Below are positions 63,101-64,000 of a DNA stretch of 64,000 nucleotides, piece after piece. The notes below the pieces were generated by a model. The model searched no databases, had not been told where the DNA came from, and was given only the letters and a program-made list of their open reading frames with translations. Source of the stretch: Laetmonice hystrix (taxonomy: Eukaryota); contig OZ249444.1 of NCBI GenBank assembly GCA_965235115.1, positions 18,414,001 through 18,478,000 of the forward strand. Reading direction: 5' to 3'. The stretch's first letter is position 1; each line of letters starts with the position of its first letter. Made by a program: the position numbers and the translations under genes.

Positions 63101-64000
63101 ACAAGGTGGGCAGATTAGGCTGTCATATCTTTGGGGCCTCCACATCTGAGGCTTCTCAACAACATTTACTGTCCTCGGATTAAACCGGTGCTAACAGTGA
63201 AAAGGCTTTTGTGATTATTAGAAACTCATTTGGCGAGAGTGTGATTTGGCTGTGTATTTATGGACTTGAGCGATCCGGACTGATGCCCTGACTGGTGCCG
63301 GTAAAACTCAAACTTTGTGCATCACTCCGATTGGTCTAGGGTTCTTTTCAATGTCAGTCTTTATTTGAAAAAGCCTCTTCATTAGAATGTTACCACCTGT
63401 AAACTTACAAACCAAATCCCCTGCCTATACCCGAAAGGCAGTGGAACAACATAAGGAGTCGACGGCAGGAAGTATAGGCGGGTTCCAGTAAAGTAGGGGA
63501 CGGATTAGGGCCGTTCGGTCATAGCTTTCGGCGGTCGACCGTAATCCTGAAGCTGCTCCCTACGGCCACATTGTACCATTGTGACACACACGGCTTCTTT
63601 GGAGGAGAATCATCGTGCCTTATCTCTTACTTTCATTTCTTAAAAGCTGTGTGGATAATGATGGCCCTGGCCAGAATGCGCAGCTGGAGTGAGGACACTT
63701 GTATGTACTCGCCGAAAATGGAGTGCAATGCTAAGTAGGAGAGAGCGGGGAGAAACCCCACAGAAAGTCCATTCCTGTGATGACCTTATGTTGAAATAAC
63801 TGTTCTTACAGGAAGGCAATCGCTTCCTAGCTGTCTGGAAAATCTTTCTCCGACTCTATGATACTCTACCATACCAAATGGTCTATCCGTTAAAACTATC
63901 AAAATGCTCTAACTTTAAAAGTTAATGCTGACAATTTTATATATGTTTATTTATTGGTTTCTTTTATATTTCGGACGAAATGATTCAAAGAGGTTGCTTT

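Overview
Animal (invertebrate bilaterian, possibly lophotrochozoan; species not determinable from this sequence) genomic DNA forming a gene desert around one clear protein-coding gene. That gene is a SoxB2 (Sox14/Sox21-class) HMG-box transcription factor with an uninterrupted CDS on the minus strand (22227-23102) and a recognisable CCAAT/GC-box/E-box promoter at about 23.55-23.76 kb. The rest is non-coding. It contains many GC-richer, Sox/homeodomain/TCF-motif-dense blocks that look like developmental enhancers, six good CTCF-like motifs upstream of the gene in a convergent/divergent arrangement, and three large tandem-repeat complexes (6.8-8.2 kb, 15.5-18.7 kb, 27.9-31.3 kb). There are also several non-autonomous DNA transposons, including one with 16-bp TIRs and a perfect 10-bp TSD (AcademH-like), SINE-like remnants, isolated candidate non-coding exons and a 164-N assembly gap. 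All long ORFs other than SoxB2 are explained by stop-free repeat strands. I found no novel protein-coding system. The most interesting signals are regulatory: possible post-transcriptional control of SoxB2 (an overlapping uORF ending in TGATG, and a splice donor 55 nt after the stop), CTCF geometry, possible SOX-OT/AS-like lncRNA exons, and an ETS-site-carrying AcademH-like MITE. All motif calls were made by eye, without PWM or database searches.
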